From Methanobacteriota archaeon (GTDB taxonomy: Archaea; Thermoplasmatota; Thermoplasmata; UBA10834): a DNA stretch of 64,000 bases. Position numbers and translations under genes: made by a program. Shown piece by piece: positions 1-8,650 of the stretch; the stretch's first letter is position 1; every line of letters begins with the position of its first letter. The notes beneath the pieces were generated by a model, which had not been told where the DNA came from, searched no databases, and saw only the letters and a list, made by a program, of their open reading frames with translations. Location of the stretch: the NCBI GenBank assembly GCA_020725925.1, contig DYTN01000007.1:9233-73232 (forward strand). The letters are read 5' to 3'.

Positions 1-589
1 GGCTGTTGATGAACACGGTCCTGCCCTCTTTCTTGAGGGCCATCAGGAACTCCCGGACGGTCAGCGACGCCTGCGGATCGAGCCCGGCCGTCGGCTCGTC
101 GAGGAACACGACCTCGGGGTCATGGGCAAAGGCCCTCGCGATGGCGATCTTCTGCTTCATGCCCTTGGAGTATGTCGCCACGGGCTCGTCCCTGCGGTCC
201 CAGAGATCCAGGAGTCTCAGGAGCTCCTCGATCCTCTTCCCGCGTTTGTCCTTCTTCACTCCGTATAGCTGCGTGAAGAAGTCTAGGTTCTTGTAGGCGC
301 TCAGCGATTCGTAGAGACCTGGAGCCTCCGGCAGGACGCCGACTATGCTCCGGATGCGCTCGGCGTCAGGCTCTTTGTTGATTTCGAAGCCGTTGACGTA
401 AGCCGTCCCCGCGGACTGCTTGATCAGGCACGAAAGCATACGTATGGTGGTGGTCTTGCCAGCGCCGTTCGGACCGAGCAGGCCGAACACCTCGCCCTGG
501 TCCACCCTGAGGTTCAGGTCCTCGACCGCTGCCTTGCCGTTGAAACTTCTCCCGAGCCCAACAGTCTCAATCATCGAGTACTTCCCCAT
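1..589 (-). CDS. ABC transporter ATP-binding protein (runs off window start)
   Basis: Manual translation: MIETVGLGRSFNGKAAVEDLNL...GLLGPNGAGKTTT (Walker A), YSKGMKQK signature, VFLDEPTAGLDP (Walker B). Start ATG at 589 or 574. Not in ORF track because it is truncated by the window. Confidence 0.9.
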   Translation of the reverse strand, partial: MGKYSMIETVGLGRSFNGKAAVEDLNLRVDQGEVFGLLGPNGAGKTTTIRMLSCLIKQSAGTAYVNGFEINKEPDAERIRSIVGVLPEAPGLYESLSAYKNLDFFTQLYGVKKDKRGKRIEELLRLLDLWDRRDEPVATYSKGMKQKIAIARAFAHDPEVVFLDEPTAGLDPQASLTVREFLMALKKEGRTVFINS

Positions 590-650
590 CAAACGGACAA
601 TGGCCCAACAGCATGTGGATTGAGATAAACCTCTCGATGGGACTATCGAC

Positions 651-1022
651 CTACATGCGAGATGCTATGATCTTCAGGATCGCCTCCGCGGGGGCACCGT
701 CGGTTTCCTGCAACGCCTTTCCCGCCTCCGACGCGCTGCACCCCGTCTGGGCCATCACGAGCTTGACATCATCCTCGGGTATGCCGCCCTCGCCCTTCGC
801 CTCCTCGCGCACCCGCTCGCGCTCCTGTGGCGTGCCGAGTATCTGGAATGTCTTCTGCCCCTGGACGGTCACGGCCGTCACGCTCGCGTCCTTGAACACG
901 AGCTCCTTGCCCTTCATCTTGATGACGACCTCCTCGACCCCTTCGAGCTCCTCCTGTGCGATCCCCATCCTCTTCATCATCGCCTTCATCTGCTTGGGGT
1001 TCATCCTTTGGCCGGGCATCAT
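651..1022 (-). CDS. nac: Nascent polypeptide-associated complex protein (aNAC)
   Basis: MNPKQMKAMMKRMGI NAC N-terminus; C-terminal UBA-like EDDVKLVMAQTGCS..A..AL..TDG..AEAI. Confidence 0.93.
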   Translation of the reverse strand: MMPGQRMNPKQMKAMMKRMGIAQEELEGVEEVVIKMKGKELVFKDASVTAVTVQGQKTFQILGTPQERERVREEAKGEGGIPEDDVKLVMAQTGCSASEAGKALQETDGAPAEAILKIIASRM

Positions 1023-1187
1023 ATGCGTTGCCTCGCTGAGGCTGCAGGTTCGAGAAGTGTCAATCGTGATAAAAGGGTTTTGGGGTTCGTTCCGCGCACA
1101 CTATCGGCTACGAGCATTCTGATGGAAATGTTTTATACGCCCTGCAGGCATTGATGCTCCGCTCGCCCGGAATGACTGGTGAGATCC

Positions 1188-1682
1188 ATGGCAGGGATCG
1201 AGAAGGATCTAATGGATGCACAGGACGCGCTGAGCGCTGGCGACTTCGAGGCCGCGGCCGCGAGGTTCTCCAAGGTCATCAAGGCCGACCCTAAGTGCGC
1301 CGAGGCGTACTTCGGGAGGGCGGAATCCTCCGTCGGCGTGCCCAAGATAGCTCCTGAGGAGGTCATGGAGCTGTACAAGAAGGCCGTCGAGCTCGACCCG
1401 AAGAACCCAATCTACCAGTCGAGCTACGGCGCCTACCTGGTGGAGATCGGCAGGTTCAACGAGGCCGAGCAGGCGTACATGAAAGCGGCGGAGCTCGACC
1501 CGGACAACGCTCGGTACTACTACTCCGAGTTCGCCGTGGAATATGTGCTGCGCGCGCCGGTCGTGATGGAGAAGTTCCTGGACGAGAAGACCAGGGACAT
1601 GATCCTCAGGAAGGGGCTCAAGTACCTGCTCAAGGCTTCGGGCATCACAGAGGACGAGGCGAAGCGCCTCCTCACTTCGTGA
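1188..1682 (+). CDS. Tetratricopeptide repeat protein
   Basis: Repeated TPR-like helices (AEAYFGRA, YKKAVELDPKNP, AYMKAAELDPDNA); ATG at 1188 follows GGTGAG. Confidence 0.8.
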   Translation: MAGIEKDLMDAQDALSAGDFEAAAARFSKVIKADPKCAEAYFGRAESSVGVPKIAPEEVMELYKKAVELDPKNPIYQSSYGAYLVEIGRFNEAEQAYMKAAELDPDNARYYYSEFAVEYVLRAPVVMEKFLDEKTRDMILRKGLKYLLKASGITEDEAKRLLTS

Positions 1683-1838
1683 TCATGTCAGGGTCTTCAC
1701 ACGCTTCTGCTTGCCAACGCACGCCCTGCAGACCCTCGTCACCGGATCTGAGTCCTGGGGACATACCAGCCTGCCACACAGCGGACATGTCGTCGACGCG
1801 GGTCTGCCGCAGATGCTGCATATGCCTATCATCGACAT
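1683..1838 (-). CDS. Small Cys-rich zinc-finger protein (51 aa)
   Basis: Manual translation MSMIGICSICGRPASTTCPLCGRLVCPQDSDPVTRVCRACVGKQKRVKTLT; three CxxC pairs plus one Cys; fills the gap between neighbours; below ORF track cutoff. Confidence 0.72.
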   Translation of the reverse strand: MSMIGICSICGRPASTTCPLCGRLVCPQDSDPVTRVCRACVGKQKRVKTLT

Positions 1839-1880
1839 GGCGTACGAGAAGCGATTCGAGGCGAGATAAAACCTTCTTGG

Positions 1881-2594
1881 TCAGCGCCTGATGAGCCGGA
1901 GCCAAGCGAGCCCCTCGACCACGCCTGACCCGTTCATGCCCTTCGCGACGAACGATGCAGCGGCCTTCGAGCCCTCGAAGGCGTTCACCACGGCCACGCC
2001 CCAGCCGCACTCGCGGATCATCATCTCGTCGTTGTCAGAGTCCCCGATGGCCGCGGTGTTCTGCACCGATATCCCGAGGAGCTCGCACGCCCTCCTCACG
2101 CCGAAGAACTTGTTCATCCCCCTCTCCATTATGTGGACCGCCCAGCCGGTGGTCTGCACCTCGACCTCCCAGCCCTTCAGGACCTCCCTCACACGCTCGA
2201 GGTCCACATCCCTCTTGAGCCCGATCTCCGTCTCGCGCCACCTGTCCGTGAACAGGCGCTCCGCAGGCATCTTCTTGACAAGATGCTCGTATGCCTTGCG
2301 GGGGACCTCGGGATGACCCAAGATCCAGATCCTCTGCCCGTGGGTCACGATGCCGCCGTTCTCGGCGATGATCGGGCCCGTGAGCCCCAGGTAGTTGGAG
2401 AGCGCATACGCGATGGGCAGCACGTTCCCGCTCGCGAGCATCACGGGCACCCCTGAGTCCTGGACCTCCCGGAGCGCCTTGACCGCGTCGAGGTTCACCC
2501 TCCTGGACTCGTCAGTCAATGTGCCGTCGACGTCGACGGCCAGGGCCTTCACGTCCCCGGGCGCCGGCCTCCGCCTCCTCCCAGACGAGATCAC
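1881..2594 (-). CDS. HAD-superfamily phosphoglycolate phosphatase (Cof/SPP-like)
   Basis: DVDGTLTD motif I, ASGN motif II, IGDSDND motif IV. Confidence 0.88.
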   Translation of the reverse strand: MISSGRRRRPAPGDVKALAVDVDGTLTDESRRVNLDAVKALREVQDSGVPVMLASGNVLPIAYALSNYLGLTGPIIAENGGIVTHGQRIWILGHPEVPRKAYEHLVKKMPAERLFTDRWRETEIGLKRDVDLERVREVLKGWEVEVQTTGWAVHIMERGMNKFFGVRRACELLGISVQNTAAIGDSDNDEMMIRECGWGVAVVNAFEGSKAAASFVAKGMNGSGVVEGLAWLRLIRR

Positions 2595-3487
2595 TTGCTC
2601 CTCAGCTCGCCAAGGGTAGTGACTCTCTCCGCAAAAGCGTTGTGCTTGTGTATGGACTCCTCGCTCTCGCTCCTGACGGTCACGTGCACGGAGTCGTCCA
2701 GCTTCTTGTACTTCTTCAGCAGCTTGCCCAGGATGTCCCTCACGACGTCCTCGACGAACTTGGGGTTCCTGTGGGCGTCCAAGACCACATTCGCCTCATC
2801 ACTGCGCTTCAGGATGCCGTACGTGGGGCTGCTGAGTGAGCCCTCGACGATGTCTATCAGGTCGTCCGCCTCCACATCCACGTGCTCTGGCACCTCTACC
2901 ATGAGCGTCGTCCTGTTGCGCTGGTTGTGCGAGATCATCGGTATGTCGCCGCACCGCTCGCTCAAGCCAGGCCCTTTCGACGCGAGCTTGTGCCTCACGG
3001 TCTCCATCGCGCAAGGGCACGCAGTCATGCCCATGACCTCCACCCCTATCAGCTTCATGAGCCCGTTCCCGCGCCTGGCAGTGGCCTTCGCCATCAGCCT
3101 GTACGGCTCGAGCGACTTGCTCCCGCCGTCAGGCCTCCGCTCCAGGAAGTACTCCGCTGACATGCGCACCTCGGCGTAGCTGGCATAGTCGTGCCTGTCG
3201 AGCAGCTCCCTGCACACATTGGCCGCCAGCTGCTCCAGGCTCGAGACCTTCCTGCGGACGCTCTCGTCGATCATCTCAGTGATGACCTCGACGTTCCTGG
3301 ACATGTGCGACCCCCGCTGGGTCGACGGGAGGTCCACGAAGACGTCTATGAGCGCATTCAGATGGTTGTCCCTGCCGCGCCTGCGCACCACCACTGGCTT
3401 CTTCACGCCCGTGACGCCCACGCGCGTCAGCCGGAAGCTGTTGTCCAGCCTCCTGTTCTGGCAATCCAGCGACTTAGAATCTGTCAA
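2591..3487 (-). CDS. mptA: GTP cyclohydrolase IV / FolE2 family (MptA)
   Basis: RGSHMSR, MTACPCA, HNQR, NPKFVEDVVR, ESIHKHNA motifs. Confidence 0.92.
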   Translation of the reverse strand: MTDSKSLDCQNRRLDNSFRLTRVGVTGVKKPVVVRRRGRDNHLNALIDVFVDLPSTQRGSHMSRNVEVITEMIDESVRRKVSSLEQLAANVCRELLDRHDYASYAEVRMSAEYFLERRPDGGSKSLEPYRLMAKATARRGNGLMKLIGVEVMGMTACPCAMETVRHKLASKGPGLSERCGDIPMISHNQRNRTTLMVEVPEHVDVEADDLIDIVEGSLSSPTYGILKRSDEANVVLDAHRNPKFVEDVVRDILGKLLKKYKKLDDSVHVTVRSESEESIHKHNAFAERVTTLGELRSK

Positions 3488-3565
3488 CTGGGCGCGAATG
3501 AAACAGTCGATTAATAAAGTCTGATGAATTTACCAACCGGACGGTAGCTGGAACCTGCTTCTTAT

Positions 3566-4309
3566 CTACTCGTACCGCTGGCATTTGAAGCAGTAGTACC
3601 TGTTGTACTCGGGTATGTACGTCAGGGCGCGCCCGCACCTCGGGCACATCCTCCCAGGCATCGGGGGAGGCTCCGGGGGAGCAGTAGCCGAGGCCGCGAC
3701 AGGGCTCTGCGCAGCGACCCGAGCAGCCCTCCTGCGCGCCTCCTCGTCCTTGAGCGCGGTCATCTGGAACGCGGCCCCGAACACGGACACGGCCAGCAGG
3801 CCTATCACGACCACGAGCATCTCCATGTCCAGCCACAACAGCCCCAGCGCCACCAGCAGCCCGCCCACTACGCCCGTCACGATGCCCATCGCCGCCTCGA
3901 TGTAGACGACGGCCACGACGAAAGCTATCACGCCGACCAGGAGGGCAACGATTGCGCTCCCTGTGAGCATCGCAACGACGATGAAACCCAGAAGGCCCGC
4001 GATGATGCCAATCCCTATCCGCGCGAGGAAGATGAAGAGTGTGCTCCCGACCATCGCGGCCAACATGCCGACTATGAACCCCATGAGCCAGCCGCCTATC
4101 GCCGCGCCGATCGCGAACCCGATGAGGCCCCCGATGATCGCCCCGACGAAGGACATCACCTGCTTCCAGATTCTGCGCCCGGCAAACGCGAGGAACAGCC
4201 CGAGAAGGATCAGTATCACGGCGATGAGCGCGAGATACTCGTTCCCACCGGCGAGGTCCAGGTCGAACAGCTCCTGACCCTGCTGCTGCATCGCCCCAGG
4301 ATGGCTCAC
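3566..4309 (-). CDS. Multi-pass membrane protein (DUF4203-like) with C-terminal zinc ribbon
   Basis: Gly-rich hydrophobic helices, Pro-rich linker, CPRCG...YYCFKCQRY. Confidence 0.75.
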   Translation of the reverse strand: MSHPGAMQQQGQELFDLDLAGGNEYLALIAVILILLGLFLAFAGRRIWKQVMSFVGAIIGGLIGFAIGAAIGGWLMGFIVGMLAAMVGSTLFIFLARIGIGIIAGLLGFIVVAMLTGSAIVALLVGVIAFVVAVVYIEAAMGIVTGVVGGLLVALGLLWLDMEMLVVVIGLLAVSVFGAAFQMTALKDEEARRRAARVAAQSPVAASATAPPEPPPMPGRMCPRCGRALTYIPEYNRYYCFKCQRYE

Positions 4310-4371
4310 GCCAGCAATAATCCTTTCCGAGCGAAGAAGCTCTATCTAACCGGGAGCGCATTGGGCATGCG

Positions 4372-5016
4372 ATGATCTGCGGGGTCGATGAGGCTGGGAG
4401 AGGGCCAATCCTGGGGCCGCTCGTCGTGTGCGCGCTCATGGTCAAGTCCGACTCCGAGCTCGTCAAACTCGGGGTCAAGGACTCCAAACAGCTCACCCCG
4501 AGACGAAGGGAGGAGCTCGAGCCAAGGATTCGCAAGCTCTGCAAGGTCGAACTGCACGAGATAGAGCCAGCGGAGATAGACTCCATGCGCAAGAGGTTCT
4601 CCCTCAACGAGATCGAAGCGAGGGCCTTCGCAGCGGTAATCGAGAAGCTCTCCCCCGTTGTCGCGTACGTCGACGCCGCCGACGTCGACGAGGAGCACTT
4701 CGGACGCATGGTCCAGGCGCACCTTAGATGCACTCCGACCATTCATTCGAAGCACAAGGCGGACGAGACCTTCCCAGTTGTGTCCGCAGCTTCCATAGTC
4801 GCGAAGGTCCAGAGGGACGCCCGGGTGAGGGAGATCGAGCAGGAGCTGGGAGAGCCGATAGGCTCCGGATACCTCACGGACCCCGTCACGACCAGATTCC
4901 TCGAGAGCTATGTCAGGCGGAACGGCGACCTCCCACCGCACACCCGACGCTCGTGGGAGCCCGCCAAAAACATAATGCTGATGAAGAGTCTCCGGAAGCT
5001 AGACTCGTTCGAGTGA
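4372..5016 (+). CDS. rnhB: Ribonuclease HII
   Basis: GVDEAGRGP, DSKQL, VSAASIVAKV, GSGY motifs; C-terminal PIP-box-like LDSF. Confidence 0.96.
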   Translation: MICGVDEAGRGPILGPLVVCALMVKSDSELVKLGVKDSKQLTPRRREELEPRIRKLCKVELHEIEPAEIDSMRKRFSLNEIEARAFAAVIEKLSPVVAYVDAADVDEEHFGRMVQAHLRCTPTIHSKHKADETFPVVSAASIVAKVQRDARVREIEQELGEPIGSGYLTDPVTTRFLESYVRRNGDLPPHTRRSWEPAKNIMLMKSLRKLDSFE

Positions 5017-5020
5017 TGCC

Positions 5021-5353
5021 ATGGTCGAACAGCTCCTGAGAGAGGCGATCGAGAAGTTCAACAAGAAGGTCGCGGACGACCCGAAACTCGCGAAGGAGCT
5101 CGAAGGAATGAAACGAACGATCCAGGTCGAGGTCACGGACGGAGATAGGTACCACTTCGTGCTAGAGAACGCCAGGGTGGGAGAGCTGGTCAAGGGCGAG
5201 ACACAGGCGCCCGACGTAAGGGTCATCGCGAGTTCCGAGACCCTGACACAGCTGTGGACGAGGGAGCTGAGACCGATGAAGGCGTTCGCGACCAGGAAGC
5301 TCCAGCTCAAGGGCTCCATCGAGGACATGCTGAGGCTCAGGAAGTTCTTCTGA
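5021..5353 (+). CDS. SCP2 sterol/lipid-binding domain protein
   Basis: PDVRV..SSETL.QL....LRPMKAFATRKLQLKGSIEDML pattern. Confidence 0.8.
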   Translation: MVEQLLREAIEKFNKKVADDPKLAKELEGMKRTIQVEVTDGDRYHFVLENARVGELVKGETQAPDVRVIASSETLTQLWTRELRPMKAFATRKLQLKGSIEDMLRLRKFF

Positions 5354-5360
5354 GCGCGGT

Positions 5361-5380
5361 GAAACGCATACTTTTAACTA
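5361..5380 (+). promoter_or_regulatory. Putative BRE/TATA promoter of tRNA-Met
   Basis: GAAACGCATACTTTTAACTA, about 25-30 nt upstream of the tRNA. Confidence 0.6.
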
Positions 5381-5403
5381 CACCGTCAACGTTTGTCGCC
5401 ATC

Positions 5404-5478
5404 AGCGGGGTGGGGTAGCTTGGAAATCCCATCAGGCTCATAACCTGAAGATCGCTAGTTCAAATCTAGCCCCCGCTA
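5404..5478 (+). tRNA. tRNA-Met(CAT), initiator type
   Basis: Cloverleaf: acceptor AGCGGGG/CCCCGCT with A1-U72, anticodon arm TCAGG-CTCATAA-CCTGA, T arm GCTAG-TTCAAAT-CTAGC, discriminator A; CCA not encoded. Confidence 0.95.
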
Positions 5479-5519
5479 CGATTCGGCATCTAATATATAA
5501 ATATTGCGATTAATCTTGA

Positions 5520-6668
5520 TCAGTCACAAAACAGCGCCAGCCCGTATCTCTTGAGGTCCTGCGTCACCAAGCCGTAGTGGAGGATGCGCCTCATATCCGA
5601 TCTTCGAAAGAGAATTCTCCAGTTGCAGCTCCAGAATCCATCGTCCTTTAGATAGAGCGAACTGACAGCGACTCTCGGCTGCAGTCCCAGTCTCCTGAGC
5701 AGAATTGCCGAGTCGTCCAGAATGCCAGAGCGCGCTGTCATAGAGCAGTAATCCAGAACCGGGATGCCGTGGACATGCCGTTTCCTAAGCTCTCCAAGCG
5801 TCATGCATCGGGTGGACAGTCTCGATGTTGGCTCAGGTGGGAGTATGATGAAGTCGATATCAGTATGCCTGGACTGAGCAACAGAGAATCCGTGCAACCC
5901 ATAGCCCAGAGAAATGCTAATACATCCTTCACCATCAAATATCGGCTGAAGGGCGGCAATCCAAGTGGCTCTGTCATCGGAATCCATCACCCAGTCTGGC
6001 AGATGCGATTCCATGCTGGCCTTGTCTCCCACTGGAACGCCGAGGTTGATCAACGACTCAACCACGAAGCGGGAGTAGATGAATCCTCGGATCGCTCTTG
6101 CGCTGTTGCCTGGTTTCTGTGGAGGCCCGATGTTGTACCGGAACACGCGTTTGCAGAGAGATCCGAAATGATTGTAGAGATCCGTTTCGTGCTCGGCAAA
6201 TGTGACATTGGCTGCGTGTTCCCCGCATCTCTGTTTCTGCATCCACACTGATCCCTCGGTGAGAAGATAGGACACGATTGCCGCAGCATCTCTCCTAAGA
6301 TTATCGTTCTCGCGCAGATCTTGCCTAGAGGGGAGTCTGACACTATCCCGACACTTGTCAATGAAGACCGCTTTGGCATGCTCAACCGCCCAAAGCCTGT
6401 CCTTTGTTGCTCCAAGCTCCCTCACCCTTCTCTCCAGATGCTCGTCGCTTGCTGCTGCGAGCATATGCTCCAATATCGAAACTGGCATCGTCAGCCTCCC
6501 GATGAGATAGTAGTGGACGGACGATTTCGGGATGTTCAGTCGCTTCGCCAGCTCCTGGCAGTTGCCGCATGATGCCGCTGCCTTCTCCACCAGCTCTCTC
6601 TGCAGCTCGCCCGGCAACGCAATCCTGTCCTCCTTCCTGTACGCGCCCCTCGTCCCTCTCTTTGCCAT
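5520..6668 (-). CDS. Free-standing HTH + double-motif LAGLIDADG endonuclease-like protein
   Basis: N-terminal HTH (QELAKRLNIPKSSVHYY); LAGLIDADG-like motifs IVSYLLTEGSV and LQPIFDGEGCI; visibly lower GC than flanks; no intein splice residues. Confidence 0.72.
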   Translation of the reverse strand: MAKRGTRGAYRKEDRIALPGELQRELVEKAAASCGNCQELAKRLNIPKSSVHYYLIGRLTMPVSILEHMLAAASDEHLERRVRELGATKDRLWAVEHAKAVFIDKCRDSVRLPSRQDLRENDNLRRDAAAIVSYLLTEGSVWMQKQRCGEHAANVTFAEHETDLYNHFGSLCKRVFRYNIGPPQKPGNSARAIRGFIYSRFVVESLINLGVPVGDKASMESHLPDWVMDSDDRATWIAALQPIFDGEGCISISLGYGLHGFSVAQSRHTDIDFIILPPEPTSRLSTRCMTLGELRKRHVHGIPVLDYCSMTARSGILDDSAILLRRLGLQPRVAVSSLYLKDDGFWSCNWRILFRRSDMRRILHYGLVTQDLKRYGLALFCD

Positions 6669-6821
6669 AGTACCCAGGCGCAGAAGGCAAAGAGAGCCAG
6701 ATAGTAGCCAGCACTACAGGTAGGCTACATCCAGCAGGTCGCGTTTCCATGTCGAATCCCTTCGAAACACGGCAGTGTATTTGTATGCGGCACGCAATCC
6801 TGCCCGAGAAGGGTTCAGAGC

Positions 6822-8273
6822 ATGAAGGGCATCCCGTGCGTCCACAGAATCAAGGTTCTTTCCGAAGAGCAGCTGGCCATGATTCACGAGGCCTCCTTGA
6901 AGCTATTGGAGCGGACCGGGATCAGGTTCGACAGCGCGGACGCCCGCGCGAGGCTTCTCCGCTGTGGCGCCCTGCCACATTATTCGCGCAAGTCCGTCTT
7001 GACATTCCCGCGATCAGTGGTCGAGGACGCCATCACGAGGGTTCCTCGGAAGGTTAGGTACTATGCCAGAGATCCTCGCTGGGACATCGAGTACGACGGG
7101 GAACACATGTTCACGTACGCCGGTGGAGGCGACCCAAAGATGGTCGACCTGGACTCTGGCCAGGTGAGGCCGTCGACATATTCGGACATCGAGATGGCCG
7201 CGTGCCTGGGTGACGCTCTTGAGAACTGCCGGTTCGCCGCCGGTCTCGTCGAGCCGACCGATGTGCCTCCTCAGATGACGGGTATCAAGAGCGTCGAGGC
7301 GATGATGAGGAATTCCGTCAAGCCCATCTCGTCCCACGCCTTCGACAGGCAGACCGTGGACTTCCTCGCGAAGATGGGTGCCTGTGTCGCTGGTGGGGCG
7401 GAGGCGTTGCGGAGGAGGCCCCTCATCTCTCTCGGTGGTTCCCCAAGCAGCCCCTTGACCTACTCCGAGAAGATGTGCGACGTGCTCATCCGAAGTGCCG
7501 AGCTCGGGATACCCTATTCGATTGTTCCGTGCCCCATCTGCGGCGAGACCGGGCCCATGACCTTGAGCGGCTCGCTCGCGCAGCAGAACGCCGAGCTCCT
7601 CGCCGGGCTGGTGCTGCTCCAGAGCATCGACGCGAGCCTCTCGACCGTTTACTCAGGCAGGGTCTGTGTCATGGATCCGCGGTCCGGGAGGGACCTCTGG
7701 GGGACACCCGAGCAATGCCTTGCGGGCGTCGCCATGGTGCAGATCGCTCGCAAGTATGGGATGGTCTCCGACGTGTGCGGTATGAATTCCGACATCCCCG
7801 GGTGGGGCCTTCAGATGGGACTGGAGCGCATGATGACCGTGCTCGTGCCCGCGCTGGCTGGTGCGGAGAGCGTGTCCGGGATCGGGACCGGCTGGGAGGG
7901 CGCCAGCAGTCTCGAGGCGATGGTGATTGACGACGAGATCCTGAACGACGTTGCCAGGCTGATGCGCGGGATCGATGTGGACGAGGCCACGTTGGGTGTG
8001 GACGTCGTCGACAGAGTGGGTCACATGGGCAGCTTCCTGGCCCAGCCGCACACGATGGAGTATCTCCGCAAGGGCGAGGTCAGGATATCTGAGCTGTGGG
8101 ACAAGCGCACTTCCGAGGCGGCCGCGAGGGAGGGCAGGAGGGCAGTCGAAGAAGTCGCGAGGGAGCGCGTGAAGGCGATTTTGAAGGAGCACGTGCCCGA
8201 GCCCTTGGACAGGGATGTGGACAGGGCCATGACCCAGGTCGTGAAGGAGGCGCAGAGAGCCCTCGTCGGATGA
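6822..8273 (+). CDS. MttB-superfamily methyltransferase, non-pyrrolysine type
   Basis: IHEASLKLLERTGI, SSPLTY, GPMTLSGSLAQQNAELLAG, MVIDDEI, GSFLAQPHT motifs; 483 aa with no in-frame TAG. Confidence 0.9.
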   Translation: MKGIPCVHRIKVLSEEQLAMIHEASLKLLERTGIRFDSADARARLLRCGALPHYSRKSVLTFPRSVVEDAITRVPRKVRYYARDPRWDIEYDGEHMFTYAGGGDPKMVDLDSGQVRPSTYSDIEMAACLGDALENCRFAAGLVEPTDVPPQMTGIKSVEAMMRNSVKPISSHAFDRQTVDFLAKMGACVAGGAEALRRRPLISLGGSPSSPLTYSEKMCDVLIRSAELGIPYSIVPCPICGETGPMTLSGSLAQQNAELLAGLVLLQSIDASLSTVYSGRVCVMDPRSGRDLWGTPEQCLAGVAMVQIARKYGMVSDVCGMNSDIPGWGLQMGLERMMTVLVPALAGAESVSGIGTGWEGASSLEAMVIDDEILNDVARLMRGIDVDEATLGVDVVDRVGHMGSFLAQPHTMEYLRKGEVRISELWDKRTSEAAAREGRRAVEEVARERVKAILKEHVPEPLDRDVDRAMTQVVKEAQRALVG

Positions 8274-8329
8274 CCCAGCTGGCCCTCGCTGTCCACAGAA
8301 ATTCTGATATAGCTGGTACGACACATACG

Positions 8330-8581
8330 ATGCCCGTGAATTTTCATCCGACCTGCTCAGATGTCAAGAGGCAGCGTCTGCTCTGTCCGGTGTGCCTTCA
8401 CTGGGACCCACGTCCGGAGGACGGCGCCGGGCCTGGGGTCGGCTACTGCATCAAGCGCGATGTCGTCACGAGGATCAGGTGCGAGTGCAACCTGTTCGAG
8501 GAGGCAACCCCGATGAAGGTGGAGGCCCGCAACCGGTCTATCTACGGCCAGATCGACGAGGGCGGCGGGGAGGAGGAGTAG
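8330..8581 (+). CDS. Small Cys-rich protein with acidic tail
   Basis: CPVCLHW...GYC...CECNLFEE; host-like codon usage; start uncertain. Confidence 0.6.
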   Translation: MPVNFHPTCSDVKRQRLLCPVCLHWDPRPEDGAGPGVGYCIKRDVVTRIRCECNLFEEATPMKVEARNRSIYGQIDEGGGEEE

Positions 8582-8650
8582 GCAGGGGTTGCCAGCCACA
8601 AAAACATTAAGTGGCCGCGGTCATGTAGCTTCTGGTCTGGTGGGTCTCCG

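Noticed and set aside
5520-6668. LAGLIDADG gene acting in trans as the homing nuclease for the PolB2 mini-intein
   Set aside because: The two are about 22 kb apart with no sequence evidence linking them; purely speculative.
5479-6821. Integrated element with att sites at tRNA-Met
   Set aside because: No duplicate of the tRNA 3' end (GTCGAATCCC near 6751 does not match GTTCAAATCTAGC) and no integrase.
6822-8273. Pyrrolysine read-through in the MttB gene
   Set aside because: The ORF is full length with no in-frame TAG.
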